In this document: positions 60,891 through 64,000 of the stretch, in pieces
How the letters are laid out: each line of letters starts with the position of its first letter
How positions within the stretch are numbered: the first letter of the stretch is position 1
Origin: Pseudogymnoascus verrucosus
Taxonomy: Eukaryota
Strand: one strand, 5' to 3'
DNA: 64,000 nt
Assembly (NCBI GenBank): GCA_001662655.1
Contig: KV460228.1
Translations under genes and position numbers: made by a program
The notes under the pieces: generated by a model
What the model was told of the DNA's origin: nothing
Database searches by the model: none
What the model saw: only the letters and a program-made list of their open reading frames with translations

Positions 60891-63800
60891 TCTAGATCCT
60901 CAGCGGCTTGATGAGTTGTGTATGAGATGCTCGACTTGGTAGGTGTGTAGTTTGCATCAGACGTCGTCACGGATTTGAGTGGTTGGTTCGTTGGTTGGTG
61001 GTTGGTTTTGGGGCGGGCACACGGGAATAAATGGGGATCTCTGGTTGTATTATAAGAAGCAGGTCCGGGGTATATAGCTCAGTTTCTTCTCTCTCTCTCC
61101 TCTCCCTGGGTCTGTGGGTGTGTTCCTGTGGCGGGATTGTTTGGAGGCTTTTTAGATCAGAGCTGGGGGTACGGCGTGGCAGCGTGGCTATCCGCAAGCC
61201 AGAGCCATCAAGAGTGGATCTTGCAGAAAGAGGGAGGGGGGGGGAGGGGTGGGGAAGGGATGTAGACGTTTGGGAGATGCTGAGCACGGTAGATGGAGGG
61301 GGGGGGGTGTGATGCAGATGGAGATGGAGGGGGGGGTAGGAGGGAGAGGGCAGGAAGTGGGTTGGGACTAGGGGGACAGGTGGAAGGGAGTTGCATTGGA
61401 AATGTGGTTGATTTGGACAGATCGGAGATAGTGAGGGTTAGGTGAAGAGCATGGGAACGGGATGGATCAATGGATGCGCTAGTAGAGATGCATGGAGGAG
61501 TAGTGTGTAGTATGTAGTAGTGTAATAGTGGGTGTAGGTTGTGTACCTTTCACAAATTTGTACGAGGGGGATTGTATTGGATTGTGAGAGTGGGAGTGGA
61601 AGTGGGGAGGAAAGAGAGAGGAGGGGGGTTAGAGTGATGGGCCGACAATGCCGTGATAGACGTTTTTTCTTCTTCACTATGGTAGGGGTATAACATGGTA
61701 TAGTATCGGTGTGAAAAGGAAGGAACAGCAACAGCAACAGAAGGAGCATGAGCGGGTGAAAAAAGGCGTGTTATCGTCCTGCTGTGTGTGATCAAAGGCA
61801 CATACATCCCTCCTCTCCATTTTCCCTATTCCCTAACAACCCATTTTTTCCTGGGGTCTGGCTGCACCACGGTTAGTTTTCCAGTACCAGGTCCCTACCC
61901 AACTCTCTTCTCGCATTTTCCACTAGCTCCATCCTCCTAAGACACTCTAGTGGTATTATGGAAGGGGTGGAAGGGGTGGAGAGGCAAGAAGGGGTTGCAC
62001 TAGAATCGATCGTGGCCTGTCCCTGTCCCTGTCCCTGTCCTTACATACTTATTACGCTAAGGGTATATATGCGTATCCCTGTCTATAGCCCCTTGAACTG
62101 GGGGGTGGGGGGAAGGAAGTGTAGGGTGCTAGGGTGCAGGGTGGTAGGGGAGGGGGTTAGGGGGCTTGTCTTGTCTGCCCTGTCATGTCATGTCAAGTGC
62201 AAAAACCCACATGTGTGCAGTGTAGTGTGCCGTATAGTGTGGAAGTATGGAGACTATAGTAGTCCACATTACACTTACTAGTGGTACTCCGTAGTGGAGA
62301 GGACAGTAGTGCAGAAATAGAAAGAGGGATAGTAGGAGCAGGAGTAGGAGTAGTAGTAGAGTAGTAGTAGGAGTAGTAAGGGCGAGTTGTAGGGGCGAGT
62401 AGTAGGGGCGAGGAGTAAGTAGTAGCCGTAGAGTAGAGTGCCACTAGTGTATGTATGGGCAGCAGTAGGGGCAGAGACTACCGACAGACAGACAGGCAGA
62501 CAGACAGACAGGAATCTAGTACGGAGGTAACTAGACCACATAACCTCCGTTCTCCACAACAAACTCCAACACAAATATCCACGGAGAGGAAGTACATCTA
62601 CCTCTACCACCACTACCAGCACCGCCGTCACAATTACACACACGCCGCCGCCATACTATATCACGCATCCATCGCATTCACACTTCCCCGTACTAAAAAG
62701 CCCAATACTAATACTAAATGCCCCAAATACAATAGAGTAAGTACACATTTCCCAGTATATGCACTTACTCACTCCCCGACTCAAACACAACGCCCGTCGT
62801 CCAGTCCTTCTCCTTCTCCCGGGTCCCAGTGGCGCTGCTATTAGTCGGCGGCGTCGGAGAGGGGACTAGCTGGAGCCAAACAAGGGGCCGATACTCGGGA
62901 ATTCATGTGAGTCCGTCTGTCTTGTCTCACACGCAGGAATTCTTCAATGGAAAACGCCCGCCGCCCGCTGCCTGTCCCGTCCCAGTCCCAAGGGAGGAGT
63001 TTGAGTGCCGTGACGCCCTCGAAATCCATCGATTGATCTAGCTGGTATCCATTCACCTGATTCATAAACACACGATGTATACAATACCCCACAACCACCA
63101 CTCACTCAAAACAACCATCGATAGTCTATCATGCCCTAATAAGACCGAATGAATCCCCCTCTCCGTCATATCCACATCGATCTTCTCCCATCTCCCATCT
63201 CCCACCCCCCCCACCGCCCCGCACGCCCATCAATGATCTCAGCTACCAGCACCGCGATCCGCTCGCTCGCTCGGTGATAGACGAGCCCCATCCATCAATC
63301 TCGCCCGTCACTCACCCATCATCTCACTCACCTCCGCGGAGATCCCCGAATCTCACACTACACAAAAACTAGTCCAGCCAGCTATCTCACTACACATACA
63401 CTACGCCAACTAGCTAGCCGGTCTCACACACGAAGTGGGCTGACTTTTCCTCATAGATCGCGGGTCTAGCTCTCGCTCACTCGCTTGTCTACGCATTAAC
63501 CTTCAAGACACGGGATGGATAGCTCGTCAGCGCGAGTAAGGATCTAGCGCCGTATCGCGTGGCACACGGGTTGGGAAGAAGCGCGGATTGGGGAGGGCGG
63601 GCTGGGCTAATCTGCCTAACTAACTAGCTGAGTAGCTAAACTAGGTGCCCTACGGACGTACTACTTTGCTGTATGTGTGGTAAAGAGGCGAGCGAGGGGG
63701 GGGATTAGAGATTACGCATCTCCTGAAATAGAAGTATCCAAAACCAGACTACGCACTCTCTACTCTGCCTATTCTGGGAAGTGATACAGCGCAGTTACTT

Positions 63801-64000
63801 TTACTTTCCCAGATCGATCTAAGACACACACACACAGAGAGAGGAGGGAGGGCACATCACAACTTAAAGGGGTCTTAGTTCATCCGAAAACTTCGAAAGT
63901 GAGACTCACTCCGCCGCCCGACCGACTGGACGGGGTAGGCGATGGAACAACCCCGAACTCCGTTTGTTAAGGCATGAACAGTCCAGTCGGGCGACTCGGG

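Noticed and set aside
60900..64000. Short ORFs upstream of the C2H2 gene
   Set aside because: Low-complexity and microsatellite-rich sequence typical of a long transcription-factor promoter/5' UTR; no coding signal

Overview
Eukaryotic, intron-rich DNA from a filamentous ascomycete (short GT-AG introns with CTAAC-type branch points; a finer taxonomic call is not possible from sequence alone). The window has two zones. The ~1-42 kb zone is mostly accessory: maltose-type permease, a membrane-anchored protein with a possible truncated-globin-like ectodomain, a secreted phosphodiesterase + purple acid phosphatase pair with CACGTG boxes, two SDRs, two F-box-like/ankyrin proteins, a HET-like/TPR protein, glycerol kinase, a small secreted Cys-rich protein, a GNAT, and a ~26-38 kb NLR/cell-death island. 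The ~42-64 kb zone is core housekeeping: URA9, HMT1, PER1, RRP3/SSF1, tRNA-Tyr, BRF1, YME1 and a 5-finger C2H2 factor. The standout is a head-to-head pair: an NLR with no evident N-terminal effector but a C-terminal Ser/Thr kinase (NACHT-ANK-kinase), and a HeLo-pseudokinase whose degenerate motifs (HKG for HRD, GFE for DFG) resemble metazoan MLKL. This suggests a phosphorylation-triggered, necroptosis-like fungal immune module. A decayed kinase / sensor-less NLR divergent pair lies just upstream. Exon structures were deduced by eye, and family calls rest on motif recognition, not database searches.
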